DNA of 64,000 bases, taken from assembly GCA_963752825.1 (NCBI GenBank), contig CAVVZF010000001.1, positions 930,225 to 994,224 on the forward strand, given 5' to 3'. The notes beneath the pieces were generated by a model. That model was given only the letters and a program-made list of their open reading frames with translations, ran no database searches and was not told the origin of the DNA. Source of the DNA: Vulcanimicrobiota bacterium. Lineage in GTDB: Bacteria; Vulcanimicrobiota; Vulcanimicrobiia; Vulcanimicrobiales; Vulcanimicrobiaceae. Shown in pieces: positions 37,480 to 46,391 of the stretch (the stretch's first letter is position 1; the number at the start of each line of letters is the position of its first letter). A program made the translations under genes and the position numbers.

Positions 37480-38565
37480 GTGTTTTCACTGGGATCTCGC
37501 ATTTTGAGCGGCGCGTTGCTGGCCGCGCTCGCCGTCACGAGCTTGCCGCACGTCGCGCTCGCTCAGACGGTCACCGTCACGATCAACGGACAGCCGCTCT
37601 ACCTCAATCCGGGACCGATCGAGCGCGAGGGTCGCGTCTTCGTCCCGCTGCGGGGAATCTTCGAGCGGCTCGGAGCGACCGTCGTCTACGCCTCCGGCAC
37701 GATCAACGCGACGAAGGGCGCCACGACGGTTTCGCTGCACATCGGCTCGACGCAGGTCACCGTCGCCGGCCAGCCGCAGACGCTCGACGTCGCGCCGTTC
37801 ATCGTCGGTGCCACGACGTACGTTCCGCTGCGGTTCATCGCGCAATCGCTCGGAGCGCAAGTGGGTTACGACGCGAGCACGCGCGTCGTGGCGATCAACA
37901 TGGCACAACCGGTCCCGCCGCCGCCGGCGCGACCCCCGCGTCCCCCGGTGCCTCCGCCGTATCCCCCGCCGTCGACCGTCGTGCGGCTGCGGCTCCAGCA
38001 GCCCGATCCGGGCTCGAACGTCCGCGACCGCTTCACCGTGATCTCGGCCGAATTCACGGCGCGCGTCGACGCCGGCAGCGTTCGCGTCTATCTCGACGGC
38101 AACAACGTCACGTCGCGCAGCGGCACGTCCTCGACGGGCTTCTCCTACAAACCGCCGGCGCCGCTCGACTTCGGCTCGCACACGGTGCGCGCGACCGGCC
38201 GCGGCCCCGGAGGTACGCCCTTCGACCGCTCGTGGTCCTTCCAGGTGATCCGCTCCGGGCCGCCGCCGCCGACGATGCGCCTCACGATCACGCAACCGGC
38301 GCCCAACGCGGCGGTCGGGCATACGTTCGACATCGTCGGGAACACGGTGCCGAACGGACACATTCGGGTGACCGCGGGTCCGCGACCGTCGACGACGGGG
38401 CAGTTCCGCGGCGAGACGGATGCCGGCCAGCGAGGCAACTTCCGGATCACCGTCACCCTCACGACGATGCCCGGCCAGCAGGCCGTCTCGGTTCGCGTCG
38501 TGGCGACCGATCCGGCGTCGGGACAGAACACGGAGACGACGCTGCAGCTGCGGCTCAGTCAGTAG
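37480..38565 (+). CDS. Secreted protein with a copper-amine-oxidase-N-terminal-like (stalk) domain, Pro-rich linker and Ig-like domains
   Basis: GTG at 37480 with GAGGAGG 8 nt upstream. INGQPLYLNPGPIEREGRVFVPLRGIFERLGATVVY...VAPFIVGATTYVPLRFIAQSLGAQVGYD, then PVPPPPARPPRPPVPPPYPPP. Confidence 0.7.
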   Translation: MFSLGSRILSGALLAALAVTSLPHVALAQTVTVTINGQPLYLNPGPIEREGRVFVPLRGIFERLGATVVYASGTINATKGATTVSLHIGSTQVTVAGQPQTLDVAPFIVGATTYVPLRFIAQSLGAQVGYDASTRVVAINMAQPVPPPPARPPRPPVPPPYPPPSTVVRLRLQQPDPGSNVRDRFTVISAEFTARVDAGSVRVYLDGNNVTSRSGTSSTGFSYKPPAPLDFGSHTVRATGRGPGGTPFDRSWSFQVIRSGPPPPTMRLTITQPAPNAAVGHTFDIVGNTVPNGHIRVTAGPRPSTTGQFRGETDAGQRGNFRITVTLTTMPGQQAVSVRVVATDPASGQNTETTLQLRLSQ

Positions 38566-38614
38566 CGCCGGCGGGATTTACAGTTTCTTAACCCGCCGCG
38601 CCTAGGGTGGAGCA

Positions 38615-39256
38615 ATGGGCAGAAAACTCATAGCAATCGCCATCGCGCTCGTCGGCATCGCCGTCAGCGCGTGCGCCGGGCACGTCACCGGCGGAAATGC
38701 TGGGGCGCCGGGCGGCGCTACCTTCGTGCTCCCGCCGCTCGACTCCGATGTCGTCATGACCGCGACCCTTCCCAAGGACACGATCGGCGAAGAGAAGCCG
38801 GACGAGGGCCTCGGCATGGTCAAGTCGCCGAAATGGGAGGCCGAGGTTGGCGGATACACGCAGCAACGCTACTCTCAAGTGCTTGGCTTCCCGCCCGGCA
38901 CAAAGATCACCGTTCGCAATCTCTCGAAGACCACCGAGCATACGCTGGACGTCGTCAAGGTGATCTCGAAACCGCCCGCGATCTTCCCGAAGAACCCGAA
39001 CCTCTCGATCAAAGCGCGCGGTAAGGGCAAGTTCGAGGCGGGATATGCCAGCGGCCCGATCAAGCCCGGCAAGTCCGTTACGATCATGCTGGTCAAGGAC
39101 GGCGTCTACCTAATCGGCTGCGCGTTCCATTATCACGAAGGCATGCACGACGTGTTCGTCGTCAGCAAACACGCTGCGCCGGGCAAGCAGGCCACGCCAC
39201 CGCCGACCTCGCGTCCCACGGTCAGTCCGACGTCTCGCTCGAGCTACGACCCGTAA
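38615..39256 (+). CDS. Cupredoxin-like (type-1 copper) lipoprotein
   Basis: Lipobox GIAVSACAG. Putative Cu ligands are His in TTEHTLDV plus C-x2-H-x4-M in YLIGCAFHYHEGMHDVFVV. Pro/Thr/Ser tail. Confidence 0.65.
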   Translation: MGRKLIAIAIALVGIAVSACAGHVTGGNAGAPGGATFVLPPLDSDVVMTATLPKDTIGEEKPDEGLGMVKSPKWEAEVGGYTQQRYSQVLGFPPGTKITVRNLSKTTEHTLDVVKVISKPPAIFPKNPNLSIKARGKGKFEAGYASGPIKPGKSVTIMLVKDGVYLIGCAFHYHEGMHDVFVVSKHAAPGKQATPPPTSRPTVSPTSRSSYDP

Positions 39257-39335
39257 CCTTCGAGCGTTAGACGAATCAAACCGGGATTGCCTCCGGCCGC
39301 CTCGAAAAAAGTCGAGCTTGGAGGAGGTTCGCACT

Positions 39336-40562
39336 ATGCGCATCGGCACGTTGTTACTTTGCGCCACGCTCTTGGCCGGCTGTTCGAACGCTTCGGGGAC
39401 ACCGGCGCTGCCGGGGAGCTCGGCCGGCACCGCGCCGGCGGCGTCGCGCGCATTCGGGCGGGAAGGACCGCTGTACAGCTTCGATGGCCGCACGAGCGGG
39501 GGCGCACCGATGGCCGGGCTGCTTCTCCACGGCGGCCTGCTCTACGGTACGACGTCGGCGTACGGCAAGGGTTACGGGACGGTCTTCAAGATCGATGCGT
39601 TCGGGAAGCTCCACACGCTGTATTCCTTCACCGGTTATCCGGACGCCGAATACCCGCAAGCCGGCCTGATCTGGTTCAACGGTTCGCTCTACGGAACGAG
39701 CTCCGCGGGCGGTTTGTCCGGCGGCGGAACGATCTTCTCCGTGGCGCCGGACGGCGTCGAGCACGTAGTCCACAGCTTTGGAAAGCGCAGGGACGGTGAT
39801 CTGCCGCTGGCGGGCCTGGTCGACGTCAGCGGCGTGCTGTACGGCACGACCGAGCTCGGCGGCGCACACAACAAGGGAACCGTCTTCGAACTCGACGCAT
39901 CCGGCGAGCGCGTGCTGCACAGCTTCGCAGGCGCTCCGACCGACGGCGGACACCCGACGGCCGCGCTGATCCGTTACAAGGATGCACTGTACGGCACGAC
40001 GCGTGCCGGCGGGCGGATCGCCTCCGGCGGTACCGTGTACAAGATCACGCCGTTCGGAGAGGAGGGCGTGCTACACAGTTTCGGCGTCAACCGCGGCGAC
40101 GGCTCGAATCCCGCCGGACCGCTGGTCGTTGTCAACGGCGAGTTCTTCGGCACGACGCTGCACGGCGGAAGCCACGGCTTCGGCACCGTCTTCGCGATGG
40201 GTCCGTCCGGTTCGGAAGAGGTGCTCCACTCGTTCGCGGCGGGAGCGGACGGCGCGGGTCCGCTCGCCGGTCTGATCGCTGTGGGCGGCGAGCTCTACGG
40301 GACCACCATGAACGGCGGCCTGACCGAGAAAAGATCCGGCGACTGCCTCCTGGGGTCCGGCTCCATCGGCAGCCCGACCTGCGGCACGATCTTCAAGGTC
40401 GACGCGTTCGGGCAAGAACAAGTGGTCTATCGTTTTCACGGCTACGCCGACGGGGCCAATCCGGAGGCCGGTTTGACCGACGTCACCGGCGCTTTGTACG
40501 GCACGACCGCGTGGGGCGGCGCACACGTCGATTTCGGAACCGTCTTTCGCTCGTTGCGATAG
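39336..40562 (+). CDS. GloVer-type tandem-repeat (choice-of-anchor) lipoprotein
   Basis: ATG at 39336 with GGAGGAGG upstream. Lipobox ATLLAGCSN. About seven repeats of LYGTTxxGGxxxxGTVF[KE][IL]xxxGxxxxLHSF of about 45-50 aa each. Confidence 0.8.
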   Translation: MRIGTLLLCATLLAGCSNASGTPALPGSSAGTAPAASRAFGREGPLYSFDGRTSGGAPMAGLLLHGGLLYGTTSAYGKGYGTVFKIDAFGKLHTLYSFTGYPDAEYPQAGLIWFNGSLYGTSSAGGLSGGGTIFSVAPDGVEHVVHSFGKRRDGDLPLAGLVDVSGVLYGTTELGGAHNKGTVFELDASGERVLHSFAGAPTDGGHPTAALIRYKDALYGTTRAGGRIASGGTVYKITPFGEEGVLHSFGVNRGDGSNPAGPLVVVNGEFFGTTLHGGSHGFGTVFAMGPSGSEEVLHSFAAGADGAGPLAGLIAVGGELYGTTMNGGLTEKRSGDCLLGSGSIGSPTCGTIFKVDAFGQEQVVYRFHGYADGANPEAGLTDVTGALYGTTAWGGAHVDFGTVFRSLR

Positions 40563-40645
40563 ATCGAGCCCGCAGCGTGACGAGGGTGTGCAGCGCGGCT
40601 TAGCACGTTCGTAATCGTCGCTTAAGAGTCGCTTGCTAGCATGGC

Positions 40646-41866
40646 ATGCGCATGCTGCGAGCGGAAGACGCCGCCGTTGCGGCGCACGGCGGTGACGATC
40701 GCGCGCTCGCCCGAGTCGCGGACCCGGAGTTGCTCGCGTGCCGCACCGCCGGCGACGTAACGGCATATTTCGAGCGGGCCGGGGGGGCCGGCTACGAAGA
40801 GTCGCTGGTCGCCGGGATCGTCCTTACGTGGTCGGGCGACGCGCCCGGCGCGTATGCGTCGTTGCGTCAAGCCCACGACCGCGCGGCGTCGCAGGGGCGC
40901 TTTGCGTTCGCGGTCGCGGCGCTCGAGCGGCTGGCCCACGAGGCCCTGCTGTTCGGCGACGTCGACGCGGCGCGCGCGACGATCGACGACGCGACGCGTC
41001 TCGCGGCAGCGCACGGTCTGGCGCCGCGGCTGCTGCGATGCCTGATCGCCGCGGCGCGCCTCGCGCTGGATGCCGGCGATGTCGCCGCCGGCGCGCAGCT
41101 GCTCGAGCGTGCGGTAGCGCACGCGCGTCCCGCGGGGATGCTCGCCGCGTGCGCGCCGGTCGGCGCGCAACTCGCGCTGGAAAAGGGCGATCCCGGTGCG
41201 CTCGCGATCTGGACCGGACCGGAAGTCGTCGCCGCGGCGCTGCGTTCGGACGATCCCGAGGTCGCTGCTGCGGCGACGACCGCGCTGCTGACCGCCGCCG
41301 ATAGCATAAAGAATCATCTTCAAGTTCGGCGCGCGCTGCGGCGCGCAATACTGGGGACGGCCAGTCCCTCGCGCAGCCCCGAGTTGTTTTCGATCGCGGC
41401 ACGGTACGGCGATCTCGACGAGGCGCGACTTGCGTCGCGCGCGCTCGCCGCCCTTCCGGCGGCGAATCGCCGCTACCTGCGCGCGCACCGGCTCTTGGCC
41501 CGCGCTTACCTCGCCTTTCGATTCGGTGGACGGACCTCGTGGGCCGATCACGCCAGCGACGCGGCGCGCGCGTTTAATGCGATGGGCTTACGCCGCTGGA
41601 CGAACGAGGCGATGCTGCTGCTCGTGCGCCAGCCGGGCGGCGGCGGACGCCATCCCGCGCAGGGCCGGCCTCCGAACTCGATGTTGACCGAACGCGAGCA
41701 GCAGGTGGCCGACCTGATCCGGCGCGGCGCGCGCAATCGCGAGGTCGCGCTCACGTTGCAAATCAGCGAGCACACGGTGGAGCGTCACGTCAGCTCGATT
41801 CTCGGGCGACTCGGACTCCGATCGCGCTGGCAGATCGCCGACACGCGGAACAAGAACGAAGATTAA
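40646..41866 (+). CDS. LuxR-family transcriptional regulator with an N-terminal helical-repeat domain (no receiver domain)
   Basis: C-terminal HTH LTEREQQVADLIRRGARNREVALTLQISEHTVERHVSSILGRLGL. About 330 aa of Ala/Leu/Arg-rich helical repeats precede it. Confidence 0.8.
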   Translation: MRMLRAEDAAVAAHGGDDRALARVADPELLACRTAGDVTAYFERAGGAGYEESLVAGIVLTWSGDAPGAYASLRQAHDRAASQGRFAFAVAALERLAHEALLFGDVDAARATIDDATRLAAAHGLAPRLLRCLIAAARLALDAGDVAAGAQLLERAVAHARPAGMLAACAPVGAQLALEKGDPGALAIWTGPEVVAAALRSDDPEVAAAATTALLTAADSIKNHLQVRRALRRAILGTASPSRSPELFSIAARYGDLDEARLASRALAALPAANRRYLRAHRLLARAYLAFRFGGRTSWADHASDAARAFNAMGLRRWTNEAMLLLVRQPGGGGRHPAQGRPPNSMLTEREQQVADLIRRGARNREVALTLQISEHTVERHVSSILGRLGLRSRWQIADTRNKNED

Positions 41867-41885
41867 GCGCGGCTGAACTTTCTTA

Positions 41886-41899
41886 GGATTACGTAATTC
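41886..41899. promoter_or_regulatory. Palindromic candidate operator between the LuxR gene and the receptor operon
   Basis: GGATTACGTAATTC. The core ATTACGTAAT (41888-41897) is a perfect 10-bp palindrome in an AT-richer patch about 90 nt upstream of the 41989 start. Confidence 0.35.
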
Positions 41900-41988
41900 T
41901 CTCTGTCGGTACATTAACGGCCGTCCGGAGACCCGGGATGCAGCGCCGGTCCGTCATCGCCTAGCATCGGTTTGAAGAATCGGCCCGT

Positions 41989-44900
41989 ATGCCGGCTCTT
42001 CGTTGCTGCTGGGAGTTGATGTTGGTCGAAAGTCTCCTTCGTCTTCGGAAACTCGTGGCATTAGCCGGCTTTTGCGCTATGGTGTTGCCGCATATCCGGG
42101 CCGGCGCGGAGACCGCGGGCATCCTTTCGGGAACGGTCACGGACGACCGCACGCACCGCCCCGTTGCCGGAGTCGCGGTGGTCGCGAAGTCGCCCAGCGC
42201 GACCTATCGTACCGTCACCGACGCGCAGGGACGGTTTCGTTTCCTGAGCGTACTGCCGGACACGTATTCGATCTCGTTTTCGTATTCCGGCTACGCGCCG
42301 TATTCGACGTCGCTGGTAGTGCTCAACGGCTCGCAGCAGACGGTCAACGTGCCGCTGTCGCACACGCTCAAGACGATCGCCTCGACGCACGCGCGCTCGA
42401 CCGGCAGCGCCTTCCAGCGCGGGATGACGATCGATACGTACACGGTGACCGGCGCGCAGATCGAGACGGTCACGGGCAAGGCCTTCAACGCCAACGAGAA
42501 CGACCTGCTGCGCAGCATCCCCAGCGTCACGATCGACAAGACCGGCACAGTTTCGATCCGCGGCGGCTTCGCGTTCGAGGCAGCGTACGAGTTCGAGGGC
42601 ATCGACTACACGACGCCGTCGGCCAATCTGCAGAACACGCTGCAGAACATCGCCAACTTCAACCTGCTCAACGGGGTCGGCAGCGTGCAGCTGGTTCCCG
42701 GCGGCGGCGACGCGACGCACGGCGACACGGGCACCGGGCTCGTGCTGTTCACGGCCAAGCACGGCACGTATCCCAGCTACTTACACGTCGACGCCGAGTC
42801 GCAGCTGTTTCCGTACCTGCATCAGCTGGGGCTGGAGTGGGGCTGGGCCGATCCGTCGCAGCGGCTCTCCAACTACGCGGGGTTCATCGGGATCCGCAAG
42901 GCCTATCAGTACGGCATTCCGGGCACGGCGGCCAATACGCTGGGCACGCTGGGGACCAACGCCGCGACGCTGGGCAGCACGATCGATCCGAACCTGGTCT
43001 ACTACGCGCCGTCGTTCTTGAAATCGGACGACTTCGTCGACAACCTGATCTACCGTTTCGGCCGCAACGAGAATCAGCGGCTGCAGTTCTTCATTCAGGA
43101 TCAGTCGATCACGCAGACGCTCGACTACGGGGGCTTTCAGTTTCTGCCGTACATCTCGGGGGGCACGACCGCCGGCAAGTGCGCCCCCTACCTCGTGATC
43201 GGGCCCAGCGGTCCGGTCAACTCCGCGACGCAGAACTACGCCTGCGATTCGCTGATCCCGCTCTTTCCGGGCCAGCCCAACACCTACGCCTTCGTCTCCT
43301 CGCCGGATACCCTCAAGAGCCCGTTTCTGGCGTATAAGCTCGAGTACGGCGTGAACCTGGGCACGTCGTCGCTGCTGACGGCGCGCTACTTTCGGACGTA
43401 CACCGAGCAATCGCAGGACATGCCGGCGCAGGGCATCTTTGCCGATCCCTACGGCGGCACGCGCACCGGCGCCCAGGTCGACGTGACGACGCAGATCGGC
43501 AGCAAGAATCTCCTGAAGTACGGCACGATCTACCAGTTCGTCGTTCCCTACGGCAACCGGTACGACTTCACGTCGTACACGGCGTTCACGACGCCGGCCT
43601 ATATCATCACGTATCCGATCACGCATCCGCTGCAGCCGCTGCCGCTGCCCTACACCTACAGCGGGCTGTTGCCCAACAATAATCCGTTCGCCGCCGCGGG
43701 GCTGGAGAAGGACTTCTTGTCGCCGGCGTTTTGCCTCACGCAAGGCATCACCGGCTGCGGCTACTTGAGCGCGTACTTTCCCGGCGGCGTACGCTTTCCG
43801 TTCGAGGAAGACGTGGCGACGGTCGGGCAGCAGCAGTACGGCGCGTACCTGCAGGACACGATCGACATGTCGAGCCGCTGGAAGAGCGAGCTCGGCCTGC
43901 GCTTAGACGGCTACAACTTCCAGATCCCGCAGCAGGCCGGCGCACCGGCATCGATTCCGGCCGTCGAGCACCAGCGGCTGTACGAGCCGCACCTGGATCA
44001 GTCGTACTCGCCCGATCCGCGCGACACGATCCGCGTCGGCTTCGGCCATACGCTGGCGATGCCGCTGCCCAGCCTGCTGGGCGCCGACGTCAGCCGCACG
44101 CCCTACGCGCCCTTCGAGAACATTCCGTCCTACGACAACTCGACCGGGCTGCCTGCGCAGTACTGCGGCCCGCACGCCAATGCGCTCTGCGCCAACTATG
44201 CGGATCAGCTCTACTGGCTGACGCGGGATTACCGCTACGGCAGCTCGACGCTCGAGGCGCCGCTCGTCGGCGCGACGTTTACCAACATCGACCTCTCGTC
44301 GGCGCACGCGTTCCCCGACGGCTCGGCGATGAAGATCACGCCGTTCTACCGGCGCGGCTACAACGTCGTGGAGCAGACGGCGCAGATCCTGGGCTTCAGC
44401 TACCAGACCGGCTCGCCGGTCTTCGGCGACGTCGCGTACTCCAATCTGGGCATCCAGCGCGCGAAAGGCATCGAGGTGCTCTACACTAAGGAAGAGCCGC
44501 TCGGCCTCTCGATGCAGCTGGGCGCAACCTACATCAACCAGTTCAGCAACGAGCCGCCGGGGGCGTTCTTACAGCCGGCGGCGCTGGCGCTGGGCACGAC
44601 GTATCGCTCGCCCGACCTGTCGCCGTTTCAGATGAACGCCGCCTTCAACTACAAGACCAGTCATGGCTGGCGTATCAATCCGGTGCTCTCGTTCAACGTG
44701 GGCTATCCCTACGGGGCCGGATACTACACCGCGGTCTATTGCAACGGCATCCCCGTCATCGTGCCCAGCACGAGCCTGTCGCTGATCTACTCGCAGACGC
44801 CGGGCTACATCGATCCACTCGACCCGGGAACGTGCACCAAGCCGAACATCGCGGCCACGCGCGGCATTCACGAGCCGGACTTGGCGGGGGGCTTCTTGAC

Positions 44901-45204
44901 CACGCCGCGCGTCGACGCCGATCTCACCGTCGAGTACCGGCCGCCCACCAAAGGCGTGCTCGCGCAGTCGGTCTTCGGGTTGCAGGTTCAAAACCTGTTC
45001 AACCAGCTCTACAACGTGCCGATCGTCAACGGCTGCTACGGCGCGCCGGTGACCAGCGGCCTGCAGACCGGCAACGCACCGTGCACCTACTCGACCGCAC
45101 CCTACGCGCCGCCCGACGTCTCGGCGCACAGCTCCTCGCCATATTTGACGTTTCCGAACGAGCCGCCGATCTCGTTCCGCTTCTATTACCACGTGGCGAT
45201 ATGA
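41989..45204 (+). CDS. TonB-dependent-receptor-like outer-membrane protein with an N-terminal carboxypeptidase-regulatory-like domain
   Basis: 1071 aa; an alternative start lies at 42019. GILSGTVTDDRTHRPVAGVAVVAKSPSATYRTVTDAQGRFRFLSVLPDTYSISFSYSGY (CarboxypepD_reg). Plug-like DLLRSIPSVTIDKTGTVSIRGG...FEGIDY. The C-terminal part is long and beta-rich. Confidence 0.8.
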   Translation: MPALRCCWELMLVESLLRLRKLVALAGFCAMVLPHIRAGAETAGILSGTVTDDRTHRPVAGVAVVAKSPSATYRTVTDAQGRFRFLSVLPDTYSISFSYSGYAPYSTSLVVLNGSQQTVNVPLSHTLKTIASTHARSTGSAFQRGMTIDTYTVTGAQIETVTGKAFNANENDLLRSIPSVTIDKTGTVSIRGGFAFEAAYEFEGIDYTTPSANLQNTLQNIANFNLLNGVGSVQLVPGGGDATHGDTGTGLVLFTAKHGTYPSYLHVDAESQLFPYLHQLGLEWGWADPSQRLSNYAGFIGIRKAYQYGIPGTAANTLGTLGTNAATLGSTIDPNLVYYAPSFLKSDDFVDNLIYRFGRNENQRLQFFIQDQSITQTLDYGGFQFLPYISGGTTAGKCAPYLVIGPSGPVNSATQNYACDSLIPLFPGQPNTYAFVSSPDTLKSPFLAYKLEYGVNLGTSSLLTARYFRTYTEQSQDMPAQGIFADPYGGTRTGAQVDVTTQIGSKNLLKYGTIYQFVVPYGNRYDFTSYTAFTTPAYIITYPITHPLQPLPLPYTYSGLLPNNNPFAAAGLEKDFLSPAFCLTQGITGCGYLSAYFPGGVRFPFEEDVATVGQQQYGAYLQDTIDMSSRWKSELGLRLDGYNFQIPQQAGAPASIPAVEHQRLYEPHLDQSYSPDPRDTIRVGFGHTLAMPLPSLLGADVSRTPYAPFENIPSYDNSTGLPAQYCGPHANALCANYADQLYWLTRDYRYGSSTLEAPLVGATFTNIDLSSAHAFPDGSAMKITPFYRRGYNVVEQTAQILGFSYQTGSPVFGDVAYSNLGIQRAKGIEVLYTKEEPLGLSMQLGATYINQFSNEPPGAFLQPAALALGTTYRSPDLSPFQMNAAFNYKTSHGWRINPVLSFNVGYPYGAGYYTAVYCNGIPVIVPSTSLSLIYSQTPGYIDPLDPGTCTKPNIAATRGIHEPDLAGGFLTTPRVDADLTVEYRPPTKGVLAQSVFGLQVQNLFNQLYNVPIVNGCYGAPVTSGLQTGNAPCTYSTAPYAPPDVSAHSSSPYLTFPNEPPISFRFYYHVAI

Positions 45205-46391
45205 AAATTGGTGTTGTATTCGCTTTCATCGGTTGCTGCGCTGCACTGTGCGCCTGCGGGAACGGCGGCGCTTCGGAGCCGCCGGTGACGTCGTTTGATC
45301 CGGCCGCGACGAGCAAGCTGCAGTTCGCGGTGGGCGTCGCGACGATCTCGTCCAAAAACGGCGCGAGCATCGCGTACGGGCTCAACACCGTCGAGACGTT
45401 GCGCCAGAGCAACGGGTTGTCGGGAACGCTCTACAATCAGCCGATGATCATCGGCCCGTCGAGCTTCGACGTGCTGATCTCGACGCAGACCGGCAACGAG
45501 GTGCTGGGAGCCGGCGCGGATCTGGGCACCAACCACATTACCTGGGCGACGCTCAATCAATCGCTCTGGACCGGATCGCCGCGCGGGCCCAAACAATCTA
45601 CCACCGGCGCGTTCGGCTACGGGTTGTGTCCGTGTAACTCGGACTCCGGTCCGGGCGACGGCTTCACGCCGCTGTATCAGGCATACAACCAGCCGATCTA
45701 CGGCAACAACCCGGAGCGGTGGTACGGCGGACCGCCCGCGTTTCCGCAAGGCGGGCCGTCGCTGGTTGCGCTCGGTTGGGAGGGCTACTCGCTGGGCTTC
45801 AGCGACTTCGCGGTGCAGCCGGTGCTGGGGGTCTATCATCTCTACGCGGCGGTGCCGCCGGCGTATGATACGCCGCAGAATCCCACGCCTAGTCCGAATC
45901 CCAACGGAACGCCGACGCCGCCGCCCGGCATCCTCGCCGCGGCCGCGCAGCTCACGAGTCTCTCCGCGCTGCCCGCGTTTGGAACGCCGTCCTTCAAACC
46001 CGATCGCAAGGGCGGCGGCACGATCAGCTTGACGGTGCCCGCCGGAGCGACCGAGGCGATGGCCGTGGTGCGCGCCAACGGCGGCAGCGGCATCTCGGGC
46101 AGCAGCTGCGTGAATGCGCACGCCAACGACGCGTATTACACGATCGTCGCGCATGGGGCTGGGCCGGCGCAGCTGATCCTGGCCGACGATCTCGGGCCGC
46201 TCACGCAATCCGGCAAGCAGACGCCGACGATCTGTTCCAAGGGGGCGTACGAGATCTATGCCGTGGGCGCGGACTACCCGGCGTACGAGGCATCCTATCC
46301 CAAGAACCTCTCGCAGCTGCCCGTGATCAAAGGCCCGAGCGGTCAAGCCGACGTCACGACCTCCGATCTACTCACGGCCGCATATCCGTGA
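45201..46391 (+). CDS. Uncharacterised lipoprotein (operon gene 2)
   Basis: The ATG at 45201 overlaps the upstream stop (ATGA). Lipobox CAALCACGNGG. Has an internal PT-rich linker. No family recognised. Confidence 0.7.
   Translation: MKIGVVFAFIGCCAALCACGNGGASEPPVTSFDPAATSKLQFAVGVATISSKNGASIAYGLNTVETLRQSNGLSGTLYNQPMIIGPSSFDVLISTQTGNEVLGAGADLGTNHITWATLNQSLWTGSPRGPKQSTTGAFGYGLCPCNSDSGPGDGFTPLYQAYNQPIYGNNPERWYGGPPAFPQGGPSLVALGWEGYSLGFSDFAVQPVLGVYHLYAAVPPAYDTPQNPTPSPNPNGTPTPPPGILAAAAQLTSLSALPAFGTPSFKPDRKGGGTISLTVPAGATEAMAVVRANGGSGISGSSCVNAHANDAYYTIVAHGAGPAQLILADDLGPLTQSGKQTPTICSKGAYEIYAVGADYPAYEASYPKNLSQLPVIKGPSGQADVTTSDLLTAAYP

Noticed and set aside
35803-39256. Possible 'copper cluster': galactose-oxidase-like Kelch protein + copper-amine-oxidase-N-like protein + cupredoxin.
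   Set aside because: The Kelch protein lacks the Tyr-His and Cys-Tyr copper-radical ligand contexts I looked for. The 'copper amine oxidase N-terminal' domain is a non-catalytic stalk fold. Only the cupredoxin has plausible Cu ligands, and the genes lie on different strands with their own signals, so a functional copper system is not supported.
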